A stretch of DNA of 37,958 nucleotides. Origin: a virus. Its lineage: Duplodnaviria > Caudoviricetes. A model generated the notes under the pieces. The model was not told the DNA's origin. It was given only the letters and a program-made list of their open reading frames with translations, and ran no database searches. Shown here piece after piece: positions 27,937 to 36,084 of this stretch; within the stretch, counting starts at the first letter, position 1; every line of letters begins with the position of its first letter. The stretch lies in the IMG/VR virus record IMGVR_UViG_3300030372_002658, positions 1-37,958 of that record; one strand, written 5' to 3'. Made by a program: the position numbers and the translations under genes.

Positions 27937-28818
27937 TTAATTATTATCCACGCTGTTAGTAAATTCTAAATCCCACTTGCTTAACCCTATTTCAGTTAAG
28001 ATTTCAGGATAACCACCAAAATCATTCATATCGTGACAAAATGTATATTTTCTTTTTGCTTCAATTAATGCCGCTTTGCCCTCTACTAATGTTTGTTTGT
28101 TTAATGTATAAAATGCAGTTAAATATGGTTCTTTCTTTTCCACACAAGCAAAAACAAAATCCTCAACTTGACGACCTGTTACCTTTTCATAAACATCAAT
28201 ATAATGTGCAACCTGTATATGATAGCCAAAGTCCTTAACCGACCTTGCAAACTTTCTTGGGTCAACACTAGCAGCTGTTTTATAATCAACTATTATGTCT
28301 TTGTTTGGGTCTTTAATACCTACCCTTGATAGATCGCACCTAATTTTTTGTTTAAAATCTTTGTCGTAAATAAAATATGACCATTCTTTTTTTGAACTTT
28401 CGTGATGTAAATATGTGTCAGACAACTTATGTGAAAACAAACTATCCCTCATAGCGTACAACATATTCTTAATATTTAATTTAAAAATTAATTGTCCATC
28501 TTCTAAGTTGTTTTTTATTTCTTTGTACTCGCTTGACCGACCATCAGCATTAGTAAAAAATATATCATTATTAAATTGTTCTTCATCTTCCAACAACAAA
28601 TGAAAAGCACTACCAATCTGTATTTCTATATTGTTACTTAAATTTCTTTTACCAAACTTTGCTTCTTTAGCTGTTTTGGCAGCCCAGTCTTTCCAAGTGC
28701 TAGAGCCAATCCAATTTTTAAGTGAGTGATAGAATTTATTTGTACAGTCGGCAGGTTTTAAAGTTAGTGTTTCACCAACTTTAGTCGGCAGGTTTATAAT
28801 GTTTGTAATATCTATCAT
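27937..28818 (-). CDS. RecE/exonuclease VIII-like PD-(D/E)XK exonuclease (DUF3799-like)
   Basis: YH....IGSS, GSAFH, KIRCD, IVDYKT, YHIQVAHY, VEKKEPY motifs; likely start ATG 28818 (ORF track 28869). Confidence 0.88.
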   Translation of the reverse strand: MIDITNIINLPTKVGETLTLKPADCTNKFYHSLKNWIGSSTWKDWAAKTAKEAKFGKRNLSNNIEIQIGSAFHLLLEDEEQFNNDIFFTNADGRSSEYKEIKNNLEDGQLIFKLNIKNMLYAMRDSLFSHKLSDTYLHHESSKKEWSYFIYDKDFKQKIRCDLSRVGIKDPNKDIIVDYKTAASVDPRKFARSVKDFGYHIQVAHYIDVYEKVTGRQVEDFVFACVEKKEPYLTAFYTLNKQTLVEGKAALIEAKRKYTFCHDMNDFGGYPEILTEIGLSKWDLEFTNSVDNN

Positions 28819-28913
28819 ACCAATTTCCCTTAACAAATCACTTATATCATTATTAACATTTATACACAAGTATAAAATTTATTATGTTTTTTTGTCACAT
28901 CTAACGAATTTAG

Positions 28914-28942
28914 TTGAACGCCAAAATAAAAGGATTTATAAC
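28914..28942 (+). promoter_or_regulatory. Sigma70-type promoter for the 29-aa peptide
   Basis: TTGAAC-17nt-TATAAC followed by TAAGGAG; divergent GTGACA-18-TATACT promoter for the recE operon at 28869-28898. Confidence 0.55.
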
Positions 28943-28960
28943 AAAATTAAGGAGTCAATA

Positions 28961-29050
28961 ATGGAAAAATTTATACAAAAAAAATTCGACACAATAATTA
29001 AAATAGTAATATTTGTAACTTATATTGGTTGTCTAAGTGCTATCGTCTAG
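28961..29050 (+). CDS. 29-aa single-TM peptide
   Basis: TAAGGAG RBS; MEKFIQKKFDTIIKIVIFVTYIGCLSAIV. Confidence 0.6.
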   Translation: MEKFIQKKFDTIIKIVIFVTYIGCLSAIV

Positions 29051-29412
29051 GTCATCATTTAGCTCATTTGTAAGCGACCTTTTTCGTCTTTGACTATTAG
29101 CTGCTATACAAAAATCTAAGTCAAAGATGTTAAAATTACTATCATTTTGTAAGCCATAAGTTATAATACTTAAAACAGATATTAGGTTTATGGCTAATAA
29201 CTTAAAATCGTTCCCCAACGAATTAGCCCTTATTAAATTAAGGGCTATATTGGCTTATCAAATATTAAAAAAAAATCTTGTTTTTATAATTTCTTTATGA
29301 AATTGGTTTGTGTCAAAAATGTGTTAGAAACTTAATTGTATAGTAATTGCAATAGTTCCATAGATAATACTTAAACATATTAAAAAGGCTTTTAAACCGC
29401 CTTGATTATCTT

Positions 29413-29649
29413 TCATTGTGCTAAAGGATTTTTATTGTTATCGGCAGCTTTTTCTAACTTGCTAACCTTTTCTTCTAAAATAGCTATTTGGGTTTCCAAT
29501 GGTGCTAAATCAACACTTTCAAATTCTCTTGCTTCTATTTGGTCAACTCTTAACATAAGCTGTCCATAACCATAAAAACCTGAACCAATACCACCAATAA
29601 GACCAACAAGCATTACATAAGTTTGTGCTTTTTTTATTAAATCGTTCAT
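29413..29649 (-). CDS. Membrane-anchored coiled-coil protein (78 aa)
   Basis: N-terminal Gly-rich TM, heptad LETQIAILEEKVSKLE, NPL end; ATGA overlap. Confidence 0.8.
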   Translation of the reverse strand: MNDLIKKAQTYVMLVGLIGGIGSGFYGYGQLMLRVDQIEAREFESVDLAPLETQIAILEEKVSKLEKAADNNKNPLAQ

Positions 29650-31589
29650 CTGTTACTCCTAAAAAAATCTAAGTTATTATCTTGTAGCATATTATAATGT
29701 GTATCATTTGATGTACCCACTAAACTTGCTAACCCATTATTATTATCATACATCACAACATTTGTATAGATTTGGCGAGGTTGATAAAAAGTTTCACGAT
29801 CTTGTAATTCCATTTGTAAATAATTAGACCATGATGGAACAAAAGCCATAATCCCTAAAAGCGTATCTTGTAAAGTTTCACTATATTGTCCTGTACTTTC
29901 TTGAATTTGGCTCTGTTCCTCTACTGTCGCAAGATTTGATTCAATAATACTTTCTTGCAATTCCTGTGCCTCACTTATGCTTAACACTTGTGTGCTGCTA
30001 TTTTCAATTTGTGTGGCTATGTCTATGGTTGTCACCTCAACTGTAGCAATAGTTGGTGCGGCAATATCTGTGCCAACATTAATTGGTACAATATTAATTG
30101 ATGACAATACTGTATTTTGTTGTTGCGTTTCTTGGGCTATCTGATTTGAAACACCAACGCCCTCAAAAGATAAAGTAGAAGATATTGTTTGATTATTGTT
30201 TTGTACATTTGATGTGGTTGTATCAGATTGTGATTGACCATTTTGTTGAGATACACGAACACCTTGTTCGGTCATTTGTGATATTAATGATGAATTATTA
30301 GGTCTATTTTCTTCCTGTTCTTCGGTAGTTTCTTCTTCAGGTTCTTCAGTATTTTCTTCTACGCTTTCTTCGTGTAGTTCTTCTTCTTCTTCGTGTATTG
30401 TTTCGGTTGTTTCTTCTTCGTTTTGTATTTCTTCTTCATCAAAATATTCCTCAATAATTTCTAGCTCGGCATAGTGAATTTCATCATGCGTATTTATATC
30501 AATAATTATAGGTAACTCATCTAATTCTTCAACACTAAAATAATCAAACTCTAATTCATCTAATTCTGTACCCAATAATATATCAGAAGTAAGTGCGGTA
30601 TCGCTATGGTCAATGTAATTAAGATCGTATTCATTTTCGTTCCCCTCTAAAGTGAGGGTGTCGTAGTCAATAATGGAAAAATCTTCAACACCCTCTAAGT
30701 CAATAGGTAAAAAATACTCATTATCGTTATCTAAAGTAAAGGAAAAACCAAAATTTATTTCATCTTCATCATATCCTAGTGTATGTAAATCATCACTAAA
30801 CCCTGTAAAATTTGTTGAAAAATCTAGTGTTTCTTCTGTCAAGTCAAATATGTCATCACTAAGATTATAGGTATCACATAGATCGGAATAATTTTGGTCT
30901 GTTAGACATTCACTTGACAGATTTGTAAAACTTTCATCAACGACTACTGCGGTAGTCAAACTAAATTCTTCTAGTTCTAATGATGTGGAATTAGTATCAT
31001 CATACCAAAGATACTCCACATAATTAGTCATGCTATATTGCAAACCAATACTAGCATCATGGTTGTCTATATTTATTTCATCATATAAAAATTTTATGTC
31101 ATTTGTCGTTTCATATAAGATAACCTCAAATGTTGATTTTCTTCCATTGGAATATTCTGACACATTATCCCACATCACAACAAAATATTGATTGGTGTCT
31201 GATGTATTACCGAATGTTTGATAGTAAGGAGATTGGTTGCCGCTTGACCGCCTTATAAAATCGGAATGTAAAGGTTTAATACTATTGTTGTAACCTGCAC
31301 TTGGAAACTGCTCAGATAAATAATTTCTTCTGCGAATTACATCTGAATTGAATTGAGTTACAGAATTAAAGGTTAAAAATCCATTCATGGCAACTGTAAC
31401 ATTATTGTAAGTGTTATTGCCAAATGTAAAATCAAAACCAATAGCAACATTTTTAATGCCATCATCTGATAAAGATAATCCTGTGCCAGTTTGTGATATA
31501 TCAATTAAAGGGTCTGTACCGACTGTGAATGTTGGTGGATTGGCAAATGTTGATACACTAAAGAATAATAAAAAGATTAATCTAAACAC
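29646..31589 (-). CDS. Exported protein with nidogen(NIDO)-like domain and long acidic stalk
   Basis: Sec signal peptide (STFA|N); FDFTF..NTY..V.V.MNGFLTF, IKPLHSD, FVVMWDNV, TFEVILYE motifs; D/E-rich middle, Q/S/T-rich C-terminus. Confidence 0.75.
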   Translation of the reverse strand: MFRLIFLLFFSVSTFANPPTFTVGTDPLIDISQTGTGLSLSDDGIKNVAIGFDFTFGNNTYNNVTVAMNGFLTFNSVTQFNSDVIRRRNYLSEQFPSAGYNNSIKPLHSDFIRRSSGNQSPYYQTFGNTSDTNQYFVVMWDNVSEYSNGRKSTFEVILYETTNDIKFLYDEINIDNHDASIGLQYSMTNYVEYLWYDDTNSTSLELEEFSLTTAVVVDESFTNLSSECLTDQNYSDLCDTYNLSDDIFDLTEETLDFSTNFTGFSDDLHTLGYDEDEINFGFSFTLDNDNEYFLPIDLEGVEDFSIIDYDTLTLEGNENEYDLNYIDHSDTALTSDILLGTELDELEFDYFSVEELDELPIIIDINTHDEIHYAELEIIEEYFDEEEIQNEEETTETIHEEEEELHEESVEENTEEPEEETTEEQEENRPNNSSLISQMTEQGVRVSQQNGQSQSDTTTSNVQNNNQTISSTLSFEGVGVSNQIAQETQQQNTVLSSINIVPINVGTDIAAPTIATVEVTTIDIATQIENSSTQVLSISEAQELQESIIESNLATVEEQSQIQESTGQYSETLQDTLLGIMAFVPSWSNYLQMELQDRETFYQPRQIYTNVVMYDNNNGLASLVGTSNDTHYNMLQDNNLDFFRSNR

Positions 31590-32536
31590 AACTTATGCTT
31601 TTTATATTTTGGAATACGACAAAACTTTTCTTTCTTATATGCTTTTATTTCATAGTTATTATGATTGTATTCATGTTTAATAAGTTTCCAGTCAGGTCTA
31701 TCTTGTGGGTTTTCTTCCCATGCTATTCTTGCTTCTTCACCTATCTTACCTTTGTATGGGCAGCTAGTCCCCGCATGAAGCATCGCTGCGTGAGTTCTCC
31801 CACTGGGATCTCCGCATAACATAGCAACCGCTGCGACCTTCATTCCCATACGATAAAGTGAATCTGCTAATTTCAAGCGTTCACAGTTTTCGTCACGAAC
31901 TGATTTACCAGCTGACACACCAAAGATTTGAGTTTGAACTGCCGCACTAGCCCCTGTAGTACAGAGGTCTTGGGAGTAGCTTGGTGAAAAAGTTGGAGAA
32001 ATTGCTGAACTCGGAGGTGACTTAATATCTTGTTTTACTCTTTGCGTTGAGTCATTAAAATTTCTATTTAGATTTTCTGAATTGTTTTGATTTACATTTT
32101 CGGTTTTTATAGATGACTCACTAACAGAGTTATTAAAATTATTATTGGTGTTGTCGGTAGAAATTACTGAGCTAGAAACTTGGTTTATATCAGATTGATT
32201 GACCTGATTGATAGACGACACAGAATTTTGATTTATGGTATTGTCGATAGATTGATTTTGATTAATCGTACTGTTAATGGTTTGTGTCTGATCTATAACG
32301 CTAGACGAGGTGCTTGTAGAATTAGATGTAGAGTTGACTGTGCTAGAGGACACTTGATTTATATTGCTAGTTGAATTGGTCGTCTGATTGATAACAGAAT
32401 TATTATTGTTCGTATTGGTCTGAGTTCCTGTGCTTTGTATCGTTTGATCTTGAGTTATGTTTGAGTCCTCAGCTAACACATAACCAAAGAAACTAATCGA
32501 ACAAAAGATAATAATGTATTCTCGTAACTTATTCAT
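31577..32536 (-). CDS. Exported protein with N/Q/S/T beta-repeat region and Cys-rich C-terminal domain
   Basis: Signal peptide (VLA|E); INQ repeats; DLC...NCERLKLA..L..MGMKVAAVAMLC...CPY. Confidence 0.8.
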   Translation of the reverse strand: MNKLREYIIIFCSISFFGYVLAEDSNITQDQTIQSTGTQTNTNNNNSVINQTTNSTSNINQVSSSTVNSTSNSTSTSSSVIDQTQTINSTINQNQSIDNTINQNSVSSINQVNQSDINQVSSSVISTDNTNNNFNNSVSESSIKTENVNQNNSENLNRNFNDSTQRVKQDIKSPPSSAISPTFSPSYSQDLCTTGASAAVQTQIFGVSAGKSVRDENCERLKLADSLYRMGMKVAAVAMLCGDPSGRTHAAMLHAGTSCPYKGKIGEEARIAWEENPQDRPDWKLIKHEYNHNNYEIKAYKKEKFCRIPKYKKHKLCLD

Positions 32537-32587
32537 AACGAAACAATAAATGATTTGTTATTTTATTGTAAGGGTAACACATGAACC

Positions 32588-32698
32588 CAAAGAAAAACCC
32601 CCTAAGTTTTTACACAAAGGGGGTAACTAAGAATGGAGGTCTAATGAACTTTGATCATTAAACTTCCTTTATAATAGTTAATTGTTTTTGTTTGTCAA
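32588..32698 (-). ncRNA. Candidate small RNA or attenuating leader (promoter, anti-SD segment, intrinsic terminator)
   Basis: TTGACA-16-TATTAT (32698-32671), GACCTCCATTCTT, ACCCCCT-loop-AGGGGGT-TTTTCTTT. Confidence 0.45.
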
Positions 32699-33205
32699 TT
32701 ATGTATCCATTTTTTCATAGATGTTATACACAATTTTATTAGAGCTATAGCTATCCCATGTATCGTAAAAAACATTATTGCACATAGCAACCCAATGACC
32801 TCTTATATGTAAAATATAAAATCTATCCTTATGAAATTTATAATTTTCATATATTGTTTTGGTTCTCCATTTTTGGTGAGCTATTTTAATTTTGTGCCAA
32901 CCATAACCTTTTAGCACTTTTTCAGAAACTCTATCATCATTTGGGAAAAAGCCATCAAGTAATGCTCTTTCAAATAAAATCTCCCAAGCCCTATTGTAAG
33001 GTTCGCTATTTGCTATTGATATAGCCCTAATAACACAATCGCCTATTACTAAATCTTTTTTAGTGTCTTTTAAGTTAAAATACTTTTCTCGACCCCCATA
33101 AGTTTTAATATAATTATTATGTATGACCTCACTATAGAATTTTTTATATTCTTGATTTGGAAAAGCAGATTGATGAACCTCAATCATATTTTTTAATTTA
33201 TCCAT
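32699..33205 (-). CDS. Putative papain-fold cysteine peptidase-like protein
   Basis: GDCVIRAISIA, GHWVA, YDTWDS (Cys-His-Asp order); TATGGAGGT RBS before ATG 33205. Confidence 0.55.
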   Translation of the reverse strand: MDKLKNMIEVHQSAFPNQEYKKFYSEVIHNNYIKTYGGREKYFNLKDTKKDLVIGDCVIRAISIANSEPYNRAWEILFERALLDGFFPNDDRVSEKVLKGYGWHKIKIAHQKWRTKTIYENYKFHKDRFYILHIRGHWVAMCNNVFYDTWDSYSSNKIVYNIYEKMDT

Positions 33206-33240
33206 TTTAACCTCCATAATGTTTTATTGAATATACATAC

Positions 33241-33269
33241 AGTATATTTATATTGTATTTTAATGTCAA
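33241..33269 (-). promoter_or_regulatory. Near-consensus sigma70 early promoter
   Basis: TTGACA-17nt-TATACT. Confidence 0.75.
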
Positions 33270-33356
33270 CAAGTATTTATAAGTTGTTGTTTTTGTTACA
33301 TTTTATTTATGATGAATTTTAATTTCCTAAAAAAAAATTACATGATTAAATATGTC

Positions 33357-33385
33357 TTGACTAATAAGTTCATTAATAGTAAAAA
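33357..33385 (+). promoter_or_regulatory. Rightward promoter of the ART/cro/mom/replication operon
   Basis: TTGACT-17nt-TAAAAA, with TGAC-N7-TTCA near-palindrome. Confidence 0.5.
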
Positions 33386-33416
33386 GGTATTTATAACTTT
33401 ATTTGGAGATAAAAAA

Positions 33417-33947
33417 ATGAACATGAAAACAAGATACCTTAGTGATTTGTGGAACGCACATTGTGAAAAAGAATATGGTGGTGAACTTGAAAAAGCCCAA
33501 CTTATTAATTATTGCTTAACACATGAAATAGGTGATAAGGAGCTTTTGGATTTAAGAGGTTTCCAAGACTGTAATCCTAAATCGAAACAAGTCTTTAAGT
33601 TTAAAGAACTAAAAAAGAAAAAAACTTTTGACATTTATCGTGGTCAATTACTTTTAATAAAAAGAGATTGGGGTGGTAATGAAGAACGAGTTGAAATGCC
33701 ATTAGGTCATTGTTGGACACTAGACAAAGACATGGCTAAGTTTTTTATGAACAGAATTAACAACCCACATATATTAGAATACAACCAATTTGATAGCCCT
33801 GAATTTGTTACTTACAAAGCCACAATAAAAGGGTCTGATAATTTTTATTATTGTGATGATAGGGGTGAACAAGAGGTATTTATTTTTGATACTGAATGTT
33901 TAAAAAATATAAAAGCAGAAATTTTTAAAGGAGAAGAAAATGACTAA
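33417..33947 (+). CDS. Putative ADP-ribosyltransferase-fold protein
   Basis: IYRG, GHCWTLDKDMAKFF, RGEQEVFI resemble the R-S-ExE ART motifs; TTGGAG RBS before ATG 33417. Confidence 0.55.
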   Translation: MNMKTRYLSDLWNAHCEKEYGGELEKAQLINYCLTHEIGDKELLDLRGFQDCNPKSKQVFKFKELKKKKTFDIYRGQLLLIKRDWGGNEERVEMPLGHCWTLDKDMAKFFMNRINNPHILEYNQFDSPEFVTYKATIKGSDNFYYCDDRGEQEVFIFDTECLKNIKAEIFKGEEND

Positions 33948-34170
33948 GAAAAAAAATTATTATAAGCATATAATAAAAGATAAAAATGGAAAAATTTTAA
34001 CATTAAATTCTAATGTAAAATTTACTTATAAACAAATTATAGAAGAATTAAATACATCATTGAAAGATTTTATTTATTCAGATGGAACATTTAAAATAAA
34101 TTTTGAAGTTTGTAGTTATAAAATAGGAGAAGAAAATGAAAATGAATTTCAAGCAATATCTAACCTTTAA
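33940..34170 (+). CDS. Hypothetical protein (76 aa), cassette-like
   Basis: AGGAG RBS; bounded by identical 15-bp repeats. Confidence 0.65.
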   Translation: MTKKKNYYKHIIKDKNGKILTLNSNVKFTYKQIIEELNTSLKDFIYSDGTFKINFEVCSYKIGEENENEFQAISNL

Positions 34171-34375
34171 AGGTGAAACAGTTTATTCTATTGCCAAGAA
34201 AGATGGCTGGAAAGAACTTGGAACAGAGCGGCAAATATATCGGTGGGCAGAGGGTCTTAGTATTCCTAATGTAAGGAATATGAAAATCATTTGTCATAAC
34301 TTGACCGACAACCTAGTTGACCCAAATAGTTTTTTTATTAAAGCATGGGAACGCATGGAGCAAGACCATGAGTAA
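34136..34375 (+). CDS. Cro-like HTH transcriptional regulator
   Basis: FKQYL...IA...ERQIYRWAEGLSIP...I...T...VDPNSF pattern. Confidence 0.7.
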   Translation: MKMNFKQYLTFKGETVYSIAKKDGWKELGTERQIYRWAEGLSIPNVRNMKIICHNLTDNLVDPNSFFIKAWERMEQDHE

Positions 34376-34895
34376 TAATGAACCATTTATTGTAAACATA
34401 ACAGGTGAAGATATAGCAAATGAAGATCGGTTAGCATTAATTTTTCAGAAAAAGTGGAAATGCACCTTAAAAAAAGAGGACACTATGCACCCTATTGACT
34501 TTTCCTGTTGGAGAGTTGGTGAGCCAAAAACTATTATTGATGAAGATGGACTAGAAAAAGTTTTAAATCCAAAAATGGAATTAAAGGCATGGGCTGAAAC
34601 ACGAGTTCGTGGTCATAAGTTTGGTGACTTTCCCACAATATATTTAGCCTTAAAAAAATTTATGTTTGCTAAAGATGTTATTAACAATTTTGGTAAGCCT
34701 TGTTTCTTTATAGTTGAGTGGAGTGATGGAACTATTGGTTATGCAGATTTATCGCAGGTTGACGCAACAGCTGATGATTTTTTACATTATCAAAATGTAA
34801 GTAAAAGAAATCAAAAAAGGGATATAGGTACAGTTGTTGAAATAAATATTGATGACTTTACGATCATACAACATGGTTATAATGGTCTATCCTAA
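34368..34895 (+). CDS. Putative PD-(D/E)XK-like nuclease-fold protein
   Basis: NE, PIDF, WAETRVR, FFIVEWSDG; likely start ATG 34368. Confidence 0.45.
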   Translation: MSNNEPFIVNITGEDIANEDRLALIFQKKWKCTLKKEDTMHPIDFSCWRVGEPKTIIDEDGLEKVLNPKMELKAWAETRVRGHKFGDFPTIYLALKKFMFAKDVINNFGKPCFFIVEWSDGTIGYADLSQVDATADDFLHYQNVSKRNQKRDIGTVVEINIDDFTIIQHGYNGLS

Positions 34896-35596
34896 TGCAA
34901 GAAAAAAAAGAATACATTTATAGTGACCAATTTGCATTATTTGGGAAACAAGATGTTATTGGTTATGGTAAGCCGAGTTTCTATGTTAAAGAAATAAAAA
35001 GAGATTTGGCAATAGATATAATAATTAAAAATCATTATAGCCACAAAGTTTACAACGCAACTTATATTCATTTAGGTCTTTTTGTTAAGAATGAATTAAA
35101 GGGCGTTTTACAATATGGATATGCTATGAACCCTGCAAGTTGTAAAAGCGTTGTTAAAGGAACTGAACAAAACGAATATTTAGAATTGAACCGAATGTGG
35201 ATTGAAGATAATGTTGGTGATTATGTTGAAAGTCAGGCAATTTCATATAGTATTAAATACATTAAAAGAAAATACCCTAAAATAAAATGGGTTCAATCTT
35301 TTGCAGATGAAAGATGTGGTGGTTTTGGCATTGTTTATCAGGCTTGTAGTTTTGATTATTATGGTGAACATACAAGCGATTTTTGGGAATTAGATAATGT
35401 TGTATATCACAATATTCAAATGACAGTTGGCAAAGACTCAAAACGATATAAAGGCGAAGCAAAATATTTACAAGAAAACAAAGAACGAGCAAATAAAATG
35501 TCATTAAGGCAATTTCGATATATAAAATTTATCAAACAAAACGAAAAAAAGAATTGTTTACTTGAACAAAAAGAATACCCAAAACATTATTTATAG
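34895..35596 (+). CDS. mom: Mom-family adenine modification enzyme (GNAT fold)
   Basis: NHYS, GVLQYGYAMNP, YLELNRMW, ESQAISYSIK, WVQSFADERCG..GIVYQA, QFRYIKF, YPK match phage Mu Mom throughout. Confidence 0.9.
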   Translation: MQEKKEYIYSDQFALFGKQDVIGYGKPSFYVKEIKRDLAIDIIIKNHYSHKVYNATYIHLGLFVKNELKGVLQYGYAMNPASCKSVVKGTEQNEYLELNRMWIEDNVGDYVESQAISYSIKYIKRKYPKIKWVQSFADERCGGFGIVYQACSFDYYGEHTSDFWELDNVVYHNIQMTVGKDSKRYKGEAKYLQENKERANKMSLRQFRYIKFIKQNEKKNCLLEQKEYPKHYL

Positions 35597-35605
35597 GAGG
35601 ATAAA

Positions 35606-35995
35606 ATGGAAAAAAAATTAGCGTTTATGAATGTACCAGTTAGCGATCTTGTGAACATACAACATGATTGCGGTGCGGCTATTGCAAAGGATTTATACAT
35701 ACTTTTTATTGAGTTATGGCGTAGAGATTGTGAACCTTTACCGATAAATATTGCTCAAAAGAAACTAAAAATTAATATAAATCGACTAAAAAAATGTGCA
35801 AATGATTACCCAAACTATGTAAATTTTGACGATAATTGCATAGAAAGTGAATTTATTTATACATTTTTTAATCAAAATTTAAAGAAGAAACAAAGTCGTG
35901 AAAACTGGAATGAAAAACGAAGAATGTTAAATAAACAACAAGATACAATAAACAGTTCAACCGATTTAAAGGCTATTATTAACAATGAAAAATAA
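35606..35995 (+). CDS. Putative replication initiator N-terminal HTH-type protein
   Basis: 129 aa; LYILFIELW helix and basic C-terminal helix; followed by an AT-rich repeat tract. Confidence 0.45.
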   Translation: MEKKLAFMNVPVSDLVNIQHDCGAAIAKDLYILFIELWRRDCEPLPINIAQKKLKININRLKKCANDYPNYVNFDDNCIESEFIYTFFNQNLKKKQSRENWNEKRRMLNKQQDTINSSTDLKAIINNEK

Positions 35996-36021
35996 ACGCA
36001 AGCGTTTTACAATGCGTTGTC

Positions 36022-36082
36022 TAATAAATAAATAAACTAAATTAAATTAAACTAAATAAATAAATAATAAAAAGGTAACTAA
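36022..36082. other. AT-rich short-repeat tract, candidate replication origin
   Basis: TAATAAATAAATAAACTAAATTAAATTAAACTAAATAAATAAATAATAAAAAGG between replication genes. Confidence 0.45.
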
Positions 36083-36084
36083 AC

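Noticed and set aside
27944-27952. DnaA-box-like TTATCCACG
   Set aside because: Single 8/9 match inside a coding end; no cluster.
29033-29218. 61-aa minus-strand ORF
   Set aside because: TTG start, no clear RBS and no recognisable motif; the region is treated as probably non-coding.
26292-32374. Plus-strand ORFs opposite the minus-strand operons (26292-26588, 27241-27432, 28041-28238, 28415-28603, 30673-30870, 31411-31819, 32180-32374)
   Set aside because: Shadows of coupled minus-strand genes with no RBS.
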